Part shown: positions 1 to 8,014 of the stretch, piece after piece
Position numbering within the stretch: position 1 is the stretch's first letter
Layout of the letters: each line of letters starts with the position of its first letter
From: Chloroflexota bacterium
GTDB lineage: Bacteria > Chloroflexota > Dehalococcoidia > Lucifugimonadales > UBA3495
Direction of reading: 5' to 3'
Assembly: GCA_027623675.1 (NCBI GenBank)
Contig: JAQBVF010000004.1
Span: forward strand, 64,001 to 128,000
Length of the DNA stretch: 64,000 nt
Position numbers and translations under genes: made by a program
The notes under the pieces: model-generated
What the model was told of the DNA's origin: nothing
What the model saw: only the letters and a program-made list of their open reading frames with translations
Databases searched by the model: none

Positions 1-1
1 G

Positions 2-175
2 GTCAATATGGTGGTCTTCCTGACGAACATAGATAATTGGGCCAAGTTCAACGAAGTGTTCCGCGAGTTCGTGCCCAACCCGCCCTGCCGAGCCGTGATT
101 GGCGCCACCGGACTGGCCCAAAAGGCCATCGCCATCGAGATAGTCGACTGTTTCGCCTACCGGGTGGCGGACTAA
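2..175 (+). CDS. RidA/YjgF family protein, 3' part (5' end outside the window)
   Basis: Frame 2 translates VNMVVFLTNIDNWAKFNEVFREFVPNPPCRAVIGATGLAQKAIAIEIVDCFAYRVAD*, matching the RidA C-terminal pattern (V.L.d..df..fN.v...f...pP.R......L......EI). Not in the ORF track. Confidence 0.75.
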   Translation, partial: VNMVVFLTNIDNWAKFNEVFREFVPNPPCRAVIGATGLAQKAIAIEIVDCFAYRVAD

Positions 176-262
176 GTATTACCTGGTTTAACCTAAAACC
201 GCTGCGCCTGCTGGGCGGCGGACCAGGCGCTTTCGAGAATCGAAACTGGATTGGAGGCAGAC

Positions 263-700
263 ATGGCTAACCTGACATTGGCCTATAAAGTGCGCGGCTA
301 CAGCACCGGCAACCTGGGCCGGGCCATCTGCAACGCCCGGACCCATCATTTTGTCGCTGACGATGGCGGCGGCGATGAAGTCGGCGCCGGCGAGTTCTTC
401 TTCTCGGGCATCTCGGCCTGCGCGGTGAACATGGTGGAGCGCATCGCCGATCGAGACAAGATCGCCTTGGACTGGATGGACGTCAGCGTGGAGTCCTACC
501 GCGACTCGGATGCCGACCACGGCGACCTGTCGCTCTACGACGCCATCCGGATCAAGTTCGAGATGTGGGGCGTGGACGACGAGGACGCCCAAAATCTGGT
601 GGAGACCTGGAAAAAGCGTTGACCGCTTTACGGTTCGGTCGCCGTGGCGACTGCTGACACCACCGTGGAACTGGTCCACCATAGTGAAAAATATCGGTAG
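263..700 (+). CDS. OsmC/Ohr-like protein, probable selenoprotein (Sec at codon 120, TGA 620-622)
   Basis: GGAGG RBS at 253-257, ATG at 263. OsmC first-Cys motif EFFFSGISAC (C53). The in-frame TGA reads WKKR-U-PLYGSV, the position of the family's second Cys (C-P). The frame stays open to TAG 698-700, and a hairpin follows the TGA. Confidence 0.85.
636..653 (+). promoter_or_regulatory. Bacterial SECIS-like hairpin for the OsmC-like gene
   Basis: CGGTCGC-[CGTG]-GCGACTG, a 7-bp stem with one G-U pair. The loop has G at position 2 followed by U and starts 20 nt after the UGA. Confidence 0.65.
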
Positions 701-783
701 CTCATCCGGCCGGCGGTTGGCCGCCGGCAGCCAATAGCTAATTGCCAACCAAACGGCTGATGCCTGTCAGTCAGAGAGGATAT

Positions 784-1719
784 ATGCGAATCTGCTCTTT
801 CCTGCCCAGCTCCACCGAGATGGTGTACGACCTAGGTCTCCAGGACCAACTGTACGGCGTGACCCATGAGTGCGACTACCCCCCCGAGGCGCGGAACAAA
901 CCGCATGTGGTCCATAGCGTCTTCGAAGGCCAGGAGCCGACCAGCGGCGAGATCAGCAAGGTCATCTCCGAGCGTTTGGCCCAGGGCTTGGGCATCTATG
1001 AGATAGACACCAGATTGCTGCAGGAAGCCGAACCGGACCTGCTAATAACTCAAGCCATCTGCGAGGTTTGAGCAATCTCGTCTCGGCAGGTGGCCGAGGT
1101 TAGCATCGGACTGGCAAAGCAACCGGAGATCTTATCGTTGGACCCGCTTCATATCGGCGACGTCGTTGAAGACCTCAACCGCCTTGGACGCGCCACGGGC
1201 ACCGAGGCCAAGGCGGCGGAAATCACCGCCGGACTCACCGCCCGGATCGAAGCGGTGACCCTGCGGGCCAAGGACGCCGACAAGCATCCCAGCGTGCTCC
1301 ACGTGGAATGGGCGGAGCCGGTGATGTGTGGTGGCCATTGGGTGCCCGAGATGACCGAGTTGGCCGGCGGGACCAACAGTTTCGGCGACAAAGACACCGG
1401 GACGCTGAAGCTGGATTGGGACGAGGTATTGGCCAGCCAGCCTGAGGTCATCATCATGATGCCCTGCGGCTTCGACGTTAAGCGCGGCCTGGAAGATGTG
1501 CCGCTGATGGCCGCGAAAGAGGGTTGGGCGTCGCTGCCGGCAGTGAGGAACAACCGTGTCTACGTGGTTGACGCCGGGGCCTACACCAGCCGCTCCGGCC
1601 CAAGGCTGGTAACCGGCTTGGAGATCATGGCTGAGATGATTCACCCCGAACTGTTCTCGGGCATGATTCCGGAGGGGGCGGCGCTGCGTCTCTTCGGTGA
1701 CCTGGCCAAGACGAGCTAG
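784..1719 (+). CDS. BtuF/TroA-like (cobalamin-binding family) protein, probable selenoprotein (CxxU, TGA 1069-1071, codon 96)
   Basis: ORF-track pieces 742-1071 and 1090-1719 are in one frame, separated by a single TGA. Readthrough gives QAICEV-U-AISSRQV, matching this subfamily's Q.lCdVCA motif. N-terminus RICSFLPSSTE..GVTHECDYP; C-terminal SRSGPRL. AGAGGA RBS before ATG 784. No signal peptide. Confidence 0.88.
1082..1098 (+). promoter_or_regulatory. Bacterial SECIS-like hairpin for the BtuF-like gene
   Basis: CTCGGC-[AGGTG]-GCCGAG, a perfect 6-bp stem. The loop starts 16 nt after the UGA, and CAGGU resembles the E. coli fdhF SECIS apical region. Confidence 0.75.
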
Positions 1720-1756
1720 TTCATCGGCGGTCCCTGGCCGACGGCCGCAAGAATCG

Positions 1757-2428
1757 TTAATTAAGGCGCGGCCCTTGAAACGGGTTCTGCTTGGTGACGC
1801 GCTCCCGCAGTGCCTCGTTGCCCTGCCGTAGCAGGGGTATCAGGTCCGACAGGCGGGTGGCTGCCGTCTCGGTCACCAACAGGCTCTGACGCAGGTGTGT
1901 CTCCAGTTCCAGGTTGGCGGCGATGGCGTAGGACAATTCGATGGGGTCTTCCGGGATGGCGACCCTTGATGTGTACCCGCCGGTGAGCGCGGTCAGGTTA
2001 CGGACCAGTGCCACGTACTCGTCGTTGACCTGGGGCACGAGATCGGCACATCCCTCGCCTGCCAACTCCACCAGATACCGCACCCGACCAACGATATGCG
2101 GCACACGCTGGACAATCTCCTCGATCTCGAAACGCCTCTGGCCCTTGGTCAGGATGTTCATGCGCCCCTGGTCCAATAGCTCGGAACTGAGTATCCGGGT
2201 AGACGTGCCGATGCGTTCCGGCTCGGCCGGCGAGCCGACCTCCAGACCTTCCTTGATCAACACGACTCCGAAAGGCGCATCATCTCTGAGGCACTCCCCA
2301 ATCATGTTCTGGTAGCGCTCTTCAAAGATGTGGAGCGGCAGGTCCTGGCCCGGAAACAGCACCAGGTTCAATGGGAATAGTGGGAGGTCGGTCAATCCGT
2401 CTCGGGACTCTGGCTCACGTTGTTCCAT
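1757..2428 (-). CDS. Lon protease N-terminal (substrate-binding) domain protein
   Basis: LPLFPLNLVLFPGQDLPLHIFEERY..MI motif. No AAA or protease domain. Confidence 0.88.
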   Translation of the reverse strand: MEQREPESRDGLTDLPLFPLNLVLFPGQDLPLHIFEERYQNMIGECLRDDAPFGVVLIKEGLEVGSPAEPERIGTSTRILSSELLDQGRMNILTKGQRRFEIEEIVQRVPHIVGRVRYLVELAGEGCADLVPQVNDEYVALVRNLTALTGGYTSRVAIPEDPIELSYAIAANLELETHLRQSLLVTETAATRLSDLIPLLRQGNEALRERVTKQNPFQGPRLN

Positions 2429-2471
2429 AACTCTTCGAGTATATTACCTGCGTTCGCGCCAGAACAAGATT

Positions 2472-2819
2472 CTAGCGTCGGTTCTTGGCTCCACGGACCC
2501 TGAAACCGGTGGGACCTTTCTGATGGCGGGCCCACCGCAGAAAATTGGCGACATCGGCGTCGGCCCGCAGCGCATCGATGGAATTCAACTCTTTGGCCAA
2601 TGTGGACTCGGAGAACATGGCGTGGATTTGCCGGTGACACGTGGGGCAGAGCCTGGCTTGAGGGCCGAACCTGCCGCCCCGCGACCGGGGAACCAGGTGA
2701 TGAGTGGTGAACCGCGGCGATTCCCGGCGGCATAACTCGCATACCTGACGATTATGCGCTGGCCGCGTTTGCTCCGTGACCTCGGTCTGTACCGAATCGG
2801 CGGAGTTTCGCCGCGCCAT
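2472..2819 (-). CDS. Small HNH endonuclease-like protein
   Basis: CELC..HHLVPRSRGG..LCPTCHRQIH zinc/HNH motifs. Confidence 0.82.
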   Translation of the reverse strand: MARRNSADSVQTEVTEQTRPAHNRQVCELCRRESPRFTTHHLVPRSRGGRFGPQARLCPTCHRQIHAMFSESTLAKELNSIDALRADADVANFLRWARHQKGPTGFRVRGAKNRR

Positions 2820-2822
2820 GTA

Positions 2823-3305
2823 TCAGGATTTGTCCGGCACTTCCAGGAAGCGCCATCCCGGAAGGTCAACCTGCCAGTCCTCGTCCTCCCACAACATGGG
2901 AAGGATCAGGCCGTTCATGGCCCGCCCGTGTTCAACCTCGGTGGTGTCGCTCTCCATCCCGAAGGGAAGAAAGGCGAAGGCGTGGATATCGTCCAGATAG
3001 CTGGTGGGCGAGATCCCCAGGTCCGTCAGGTCCTCCAGCGGCCAGAGACTTAAGACAGTCTTCCGAAAGTCGTCCAGCATGGCGGGCCGCAGCGGATGGT
3101 CGTCGTTGTAACCGGCGCGGTAGGCGTCTTGCATATTGATGTGGTTGCGCGTCGCCCACACGCCCATCCGCATGCCGCGAGTCTCCTTGGAGAGCATGGA
3201 CCAGGCCAGGTCCATGTCGCCGTCTCTGACAGCCTCGGCGAAGACCCCGGCCCGGCTGCCGCAGCTATCGGGAAATGGGCTTCGTTTTTCTCCTGGTATG
3301 CGCAT
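2823..3305 (-). CDS. Hypothetical protein
   Basis: About 160-aa ORF tightly packed and co-oriented between ggt and the HNH gene, with host-like codon usage. Confidence 0.6.
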   Translation of the reverse strand: MRIPGEKRSPFPDSCGSRAGVFAEAVRDGDMDLAWSMLSKETRGMRMGVWATRNHINMQDAYRAGYNDDHPLRPAMLDDFRKTVLSLWPLEDLTDLGISPTSYLDDIHAFAFLPFGMESDTTEVEHGRAMNGLILPMLWEDEDWQVDLPGWRFLEVPDKS

Positions 3306-3346
3306 CAATGGTCCTTTGACTTGTTATCGGCAAAAGTGATTGGGGC

Positions 3347-5077
3347 CTACCAACCGACAGCATAGCCGTCGCGGCGGGGGTCGGCGGCGCCGTGCAGGGC
3401 GCCCGTATCCGGGTCAACCTGAATCATCATCTCACTGCCCTGTGCGCCCCAATCGGACATCATGTTCAACCGGTGGCCCCGGCCCTCAAGCCCGGAGCGG
3501 ACACCGGCATCGAACCGGGACTCCATATGCAACAGATTATCACAGACATGGGGAACGTTAGACTCGGTCGGACTGTGGGAATTTCGCCAGCGGGGGGCCT
3601 CCACCGCCTCGGCCACGGTCATGCCAAAGTCGATAAGATGGGTGATCACCTGCATGTTGGTCTGCACCTGGGTGTCCGCGCCAGGGGTGCCGCAAACCAG
3701 CGACAGCCGGCCATCGCCGCCGGCAGCCCCTCCTGCGTTCTCATTGGACGCCGGACCATTGCCTTTGAAGACCATCACCGGGTTCATGGTGTGGCGCACG
3801 CGCTTGCCGGGTTGAAGGCAGTCCACGTGCTCTGGGTCCAAGTGCCAGTAGGTCATGCGGTTGTTCAGCAGTATTCCGGTGTTGCCCGCCACGATGCTGG
3901 ACCCCAGGGAACTCTGGATGCTCTGGAGCTGGCACACCGCGTTGCCCCATCGGTCAACGATCACGAAGCAGGTGGTGTCTTCTTCCTGGACTGCGCCGGT
4001 TGTCACCCGTCCCGCGCTTCCAGAGCCGTTCTGGTAGGCCCAGGGGTCGCCGTGGGCCGGGTCGGCCGCCCGGTTGGGGTCGATGAGCTTGGCCCGCTCC
4101 TTGGCGTACTCCTTGGAGATCAGGCCCTGGGTGGGGACATCGGTGTGGTCCGGGTCGGCCATGTAGGCCTCACGGTCGATGAAAGCCAGCTTCTTGGCTT
4201 CCACCATCAGGTGGATACTCTCTGCTGAGTTGCAGCCCATGGCCTGGAGGTCGTACTGCTCCACCATGTTCAATTCTTGCAGCAACACGTGGCCGCTAGA
4301 GTTGGGCGGCGCTTCGTATACCGTGTGCCCCTTGTAGGTGGTGGAGATTGGTTCCTCCCAACGAGAACGGCAACCCGCCAGGTCTTTCATCGACAGGATG
4401 CCCCCCTGCTCCTGAATGAACCGGACCATCGCCTGGGCAATCTCACCCTCATAGAACGCGTCCCGGCCTCCGTCCACGATGGCCTGGAACGATTTGGCCA
4501 GGTCTTTCTGGTAGATGATCTCTCCCGGCTGGAATGGTTTTCCGTCGTGTGTGAAGATGGCCCGCGATGTGGGAAATTCACACAGCAGAGGGTCGCCGGT
4601 AATCACGCCGGACAAGACGTGCGTCACCGGAAAGCCGTTTTCCGCCAGGTCGATGGCCGGGGCGAACAGCTCGGCCAACTTGAGCGTGGCGTATTTCTCA
4701 TGGGCCGCCATCCAGCCGTCCACCAGTCCTGGCACCGACACCGACATGACCCCCATTTGGGGGATGCCGGTCGCCTGGTAACTTGCCAGGTCGGTGGCGT
4801 ATGGCGCCGCCCCGGTGGCGTTACAGATGTCGATCTTATTCTGGGCTTTGTTGTAGATCATGATGTAGCCGTCGCCGCCGATCCCAGACATATTGGGTTC
4901 GACCACGTTCAGGGCTGCGGCGGTGGCGATGGCGGCGTCAACCGCGTTCCCGCCCTTCTGCAGCACCGACATGCCGGCCTGGGCGGCCAGCGGGTGCCCG
5001 GCGCAAACCATGCCGTTCTTACCCATGACCACGGGCCGGTTGGACTCAAACTTAACGCCGTGGGGTGACTGCACCAT
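3347..5077 (-). CDS. ggt: Gamma-glutamyltransferase family protein
   Basis: GGNAVDAAIA..LNVVEP.MSGIGGD, nucleophile region DTTCFVIVDRWGN, LNNRM, PGKRVRHTMNP, GAADPRRDG. No signal peptide. Confidence 0.93.
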   Translation of the reverse strand: MVQSPHGVKFESNRPVVMGKNGMVCAGHPLAAQAGMSVLQKGGNAVDAAIATAAALNVVEPNMSGIGGDGYIMIYNKAQNKIDICNATGAAPYATDLASYQATGIPQMGVMSVSVPGLVDGWMAAHEKYATLKLAELFAPAIDLAENGFPVTHVLSGVITGDPLLCEFPTSRAIFTHDGKPFQPGEIIYQKDLAKSFQAIVDGGRDAFYEGEIAQAMVRFIQEQGGILSMKDLAGCRSRWEEPISTTYKGHTVYEAPPNSSGHVLLQELNMVEQYDLQAMGCNSAESIHLMVEAKKLAFIDREAYMADPDHTDVPTQGLISKEYAKERAKLIDPNRAADPAHGDPWAYQNGSGSAGRVTTGAVQEEDTTCFVIVDRWGNAVCQLQSIQSSLGSSIVAGNTGILLNNRMTYWHLDPEHVDCLQPGKRVRHTMNPVMVFKGNGPASNENAGGAAGGDGRLSLVCGTPGADTQVQTNMQVITHLIDFGMTVAEAVEAPRWRNSHSPTESNVPHVCDNLLHMESRFDAGVRSGLEGRGHRLNMMSDWGAQGSEMMIQVDPDTGALHGAADPRRDGYAVGW

Positions 5078-5185
5078 GATGATGGTCTCCTAGAAGTACT
5101 CCCCTCTCTCATGGCAGAGGGGGTGGATGGGTGTAGCGATTTCGCAGGCAGGGATGGCGATCCAGCGCGTCCCAGCGAGTCAATG

Positions 5186-5215
5186 AAAAATGGGCCTCAG
5201 AATTCTGAAGCCCAT
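5186..5215 (-). terminator. Probable intrinsic terminator after the HesB-like gene
   Basis: Imperfect hairpin ATGGGC.TCAG-AATT-CTGA.GCCCAT with an A-tract at 5186-5190 (U-tract on the minus strand). Confidence 0.55.
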
Positions 5216-5244
5216 CTTGGTCTCTTTAGTTGTGGTTGCTGTGC

Positions 5245-5619
5245 CTAGTGGCTGCCGCAACCGCCGCTGCCGCAACCGCAGCCCCCGCCGCCGCTGCCAC
5301 AGCCGCATCCGCTGCCGCAACCGCCAGAGCTGGCGAACATGGGGTTGTTAATCACGAAGCCCACCTGGCCGCCCAGGTTCTCCACGTAATCGATCGTCGC
5401 CTCTTCCAGGAAGGGCGCGCTGTCTGAGTCCATGAGGAAGTTGACTCCCTCTTTGGCCAAGACCGTGTCGTCAGCCTGGGTCTCGGTCTCCATGGTCAGC
5501 ATATATTGAAGTCCGCCCGTTTCAGCGGGAATGGCGACCACCCGCAGCGAACCATCAGTTTCACCCTGTTCGTGCATGACTTCCTTGAGCTTCTCGATGG
5601 CGAGGGTTGTTACTTCCAT
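5245..5619 (-). CDS. HesB/IscA (A-type Fe-S carrier) family protein, atypical
   Basis: MEVT..AIEKLK..LRV....GG.QY.L..D..S..FL....IDYVE....GFVINNP, followed by a Gly/Cys-rich tail with CGCGS repeats. Confidence 0.85.
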   Translation of the reverse strand: MEVTTLAIEKLKEVMHEQGETDGSLRVVAIPAETGGLQYMLTMETETQADDTVLAKEGVNFLMDSDSAPFLEEATIDYVENLGGQVGFVINNPMFASSGGCGSGCGCGSGGGGCGCGSGGCGSH

Positions 5620-5815
5620 TTCCTGTTCTCCTTGGGAACTTTCCGGGAGACCGTCTGGCGATCGACGCCATTTAATCTCTAGGTGTTAAAGCTAACACAG
5701 ACGGAAATGTCCAGTCAACGCCGGGACGGGTCTGGCAGAGCCACTCTGATCGATCATTCTAAGTGCCCTCAGGGTGAGGCACGGCGCGTCGGGACACAAA
5801 CGTGTCAGACCCGCG

Positions 5816-5845
5816 TTGACACTCTGTAAAGCGCGTTTCTACACT
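5816..5845 (+). promoter_or_regulatory. Sigma70-like promoter upstream of the phage-head gene pair
   Basis: TTGACA (5816-5821), 18-nt spacer, TACACT (5840-5845). Confidence 0.6.
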
Positions 5846-5921
5846 CAATCTCAGCAGCTTAGACCACATACCGCACAGGCGTCCGGACTTTGGTCCGGAG
5901 ACAGGATCTTGGCAGTTTTCC

Positions 5922-5958
5922 AAGGGGACCGACCCTTAAGGGTCGGTCCCCTTTTTTT
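5922..5958 (+). terminator. Strong intrinsic terminator/attenuator in the leader of the prohead protease gene
   Basis: GGGGACCGACCC-TTAA-GGGTCGGTCCCC, a perfect 12-bp stem followed by T7. No upstream + strand CDS needs terminating here. Confidence 0.85.
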
Positions 5959-6010
5959 GGACCACCACGCATCAGATTAATGAAATTGATTATTGATTTA
6001 AGGAGGGGAA

Positions 6011-6838
6011 ATGCCGACTAGCACCCACCGATCCGGGTTGGACCGCCGCCTTTTGTTGGAGTCGCTGCAAGCCTTCAGCCGGGGCGCCCAAGAAGCGCCA
6101 CTGGTCACCAAGTGGACCCACTTTCCTGGGTTTGAACCAGGGCCCGGACCTGGGAATGAATCGCCAGTTGGGATATCCGCCAAGTACTCGGGTGAAGACC
6201 CGGCTGGCGGAGCGGTCACGTTCGTTCTCTCCACCGACGATGTGGACCGGCACGGCGATATCATCAGCGCCGATGGCTGGGTCCTGGATTCCTACCGTGA
6301 GAACCCCGTACTGCTCTGGGCCCACGACTACCGGCATCCGGCGATCGGCCGGGCGGCTAAATTGTGGGCCGAGCCCCACCGGCTCCTGGCAATCATGGAG
6401 TTCGCCCCCACCGGATTCGCCCAAGAGATCGCGTCGTTGTACCGGTCGGGATTCCAGTGGGGAGTCTCGGTGGGGTTCAAGCCCCTGCGCTACGAAGAGC
6501 GGCGGGACGAGAAGACTGGAGCGTTCCTGGGCCTAAGGTTCTTGGAGCAAGAACTGCTTGAAGTGAGCGCGGTCCCGGTGCCCGCCAACCGCAGCGCCCT
6601 CCGCCGGGACGGTCAGCCTGACCGTGATGCTTTGACCGCGCTATGGCCGGTGCTGGCGTCGCAGGTTGATGAGTTGGTCAAACTGGCTGAGGAGATATCG
6701 GACACGGTGGCCGAACTGGAAAATACCGCCAAAGCCGCCAGACATTCAGCCGTACATGATTCTAAACCGGCTAAACAGTCTGCACAGGCGGTCTCGGTCC
6801 CGGGCCTGATGGAGGTGCTGCGTTCCGGCCGGAACTGA
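6011..6838 (+). CDS. HK97-family phage prohead protease
   Basis: ST.DVDRHGDII...GW.L..Y..NPVLLWAHD....IG, SVGF (catalytic Ser region), ELLEVSAVPVPAN. AAGGAGG RBS. Confidence 0.92.
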   Translation: MPTSTHRSGLDRRLLLESLQAFSRGAQEAPLVTKWTHFPGFEPGPGPGNESPVGISAKYSGEDPAGGAVTFVLSTDDVDRHGDIISADGWVLDSYRENPVLLWAHDYRHPAIGRAAKLWAEPHRLLAIMEFAPTGFAQEIASLYRSGFQWGVSVGFKPLRYEERRDEKTGAFLGLRFLEQELLEVSAVPVPANRSALRRDGQPDRDALTALWPVLASQVDELVKLAEEISDTVAELENTAKAARHSAVHDSKPAKQSAQAVSVPGLMEVLRSGRN

Positions 6839-6964
6839 CCTGAGCTGCTTAGACGAAACGACAGCCAAAGGGATAGACGCACAGAGCATGTGACCCCATC
6901 GCACGACACACGGGCGGTCCACCCTCGGCCCTGGCGGGCAATCAAATCAAACTAGGAGTTGACC

Positions 6965-8014
6965 ATGACTATCGCGGCGCAAGACTTGGAACTGATAAAA
7001 AGGGAGCTGTCCAGCATCCGGGAATTCTACGACTCCAGGATCGACGCGGAGATCCCTCCCCTCAAAGAGGAATTGGACCGCATCGGCGGGCAGTTGAGCC
7101 AGGTGCAGGAGATGTGGCGGGATGGGGAGAAGCGGTCCCTGCTGTCCCGCCACGCCGGCGAAAGGTCCAGGGTTGCTTTCGGAAAATACGCCGGACTGGA
7201 CCATCTGGACATGGCCTGCGTGCGCAGCCTGCTAACCGCCCAGATGCGTGAGCCTTCTGGCGTCAACCCCCGCATGCTGGACGACTGGCAGTCCAACCTG
7301 AAGGCGGCCATGGACTCCACGTCTTCCGGCTCCGGCGACGAACTGGTGGATACTCAAGAAGCCCGGGCGCTGTGGGACGACGTCAATCTGGAGACCTCGA
7401 TCGCTCCCCTGTTCAACACCGTGCAGATGCCCAGCAACCCCTTTCAGATCCCCCTGCAGATGGGCGACGTCAACTGGTATCCCGGCACTGAGAACGTGGC
7501 GACCAAGAGCACCAGCCTGACCACCGCCCGCCAGACCCTGACCGCCTACGAGCTGGTCGCCGAGGTTCCCTGGTCCTACGACCTGGACGAGGACTCGGTC
7601 ATCGCCATGATGGAGGAACTCCGGCGCAGCCTGATGCGAAACGCCCGCGAGGTGATCGACGACGTGATCTTGAACGGCGACACCACCGCAACCAACAACA
7701 TCAACGCCGACGGGACCACCATCGCCAGCACCGACGCGGGCAAGGGCCAATGGCTGCTGGGGTTCGACGGCCTGCTGCATCTGCCGCTGGTGGACAACAC
7801 CGGCCAGAGCATTGACCACAACGCCGCCGTCTCCGATGACATGTTTAACGAGGTCCGCTCCAAGCTGGGCAAGTACGGGGTGCGGCCCTCCGAAGCGGTC
7901 TACGTCACCGACGTGAACACCTTCATAAGGTCGCTCAGCGTTTCCAACTTCCGCACGCTGGACAAATTCGGCCCCCAGGCAACCCTGGCGATCCGGCAAC
8001 CAAGCAAACGTTAA
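6965..8014 (+). CDS. HK97-fold major capsid protein, apparently C-terminally truncated
   Basis: AGGAG RBS at 6954-6958. Helical N-terminal scaffold-like region of about 115 aa, then AMDST..G.G.ELV, a W...E E-loop region, TLTAYEL.A....SY.LDEDS and ID..ILNGD. Lies directly after the prohead protease. Ends abruptly at GPQATLAIRQPSKR*. Confidence 0.82.
   Translation: MTIAAQDLELIKRELSSIREFYDSRIDAEIPPLKEELDRIGGQLSQVQEMWRDGEKRSLLSRHAGERSRVAFGKYAGLDHLDMACVRSLLTAQMREPSGVNPRMLDDWQSNLKAAMDSTSSGSGDELVDTQEARALWDDVNLETSIAPLFNTVQMPSNPFQIPLQMGDVNWYPGTENVATKSTSLTTARQTLTAYELVAEVPWSYDLDEDSVIAMMEELRRSLMRNAREVIDDVILNGDTTATNNINADGTTIASTDAGKGQWLLGFDGLLHLPLVDNTGQSIDHNAAVSDDMFNEVRSKLGKYGVRPSEAVYVTDVNTFIRSLSVSNFRTLDKFGPQATLAIRQPSKR

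Noticed and set aside
3392..5068. Long antisense ORFs here and opposite cbiB, shc, the NHL gene, ppdK and the AKR gene
   Set aside because: Expected shadow ORFs of GC-rich coding strands, with no independent motifs.
5099..5126. CCCCTCTCTCATGGCAGAGGGGG hairpin upstream of ggt
   Set aside because: A single degenerate copy. It could be a REP remnant but is unsupported.
6836..6958. The protease TGA is in frame with the capsid gene, suggesting a readthrough fusion or Sec
   Set aside because: A second in-frame stop (TAG 6953-6955) intervenes, there is no Cys-motif context or SECIS-like hairpin, and the capsid has its own RBS.
7990..8003. CCGGCAACCA near the capsid breakpoint resembles a tRNA 3' end or att site
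   Set aside because: No T-arm (GTTCGA) upstream and no second copy found in the window.
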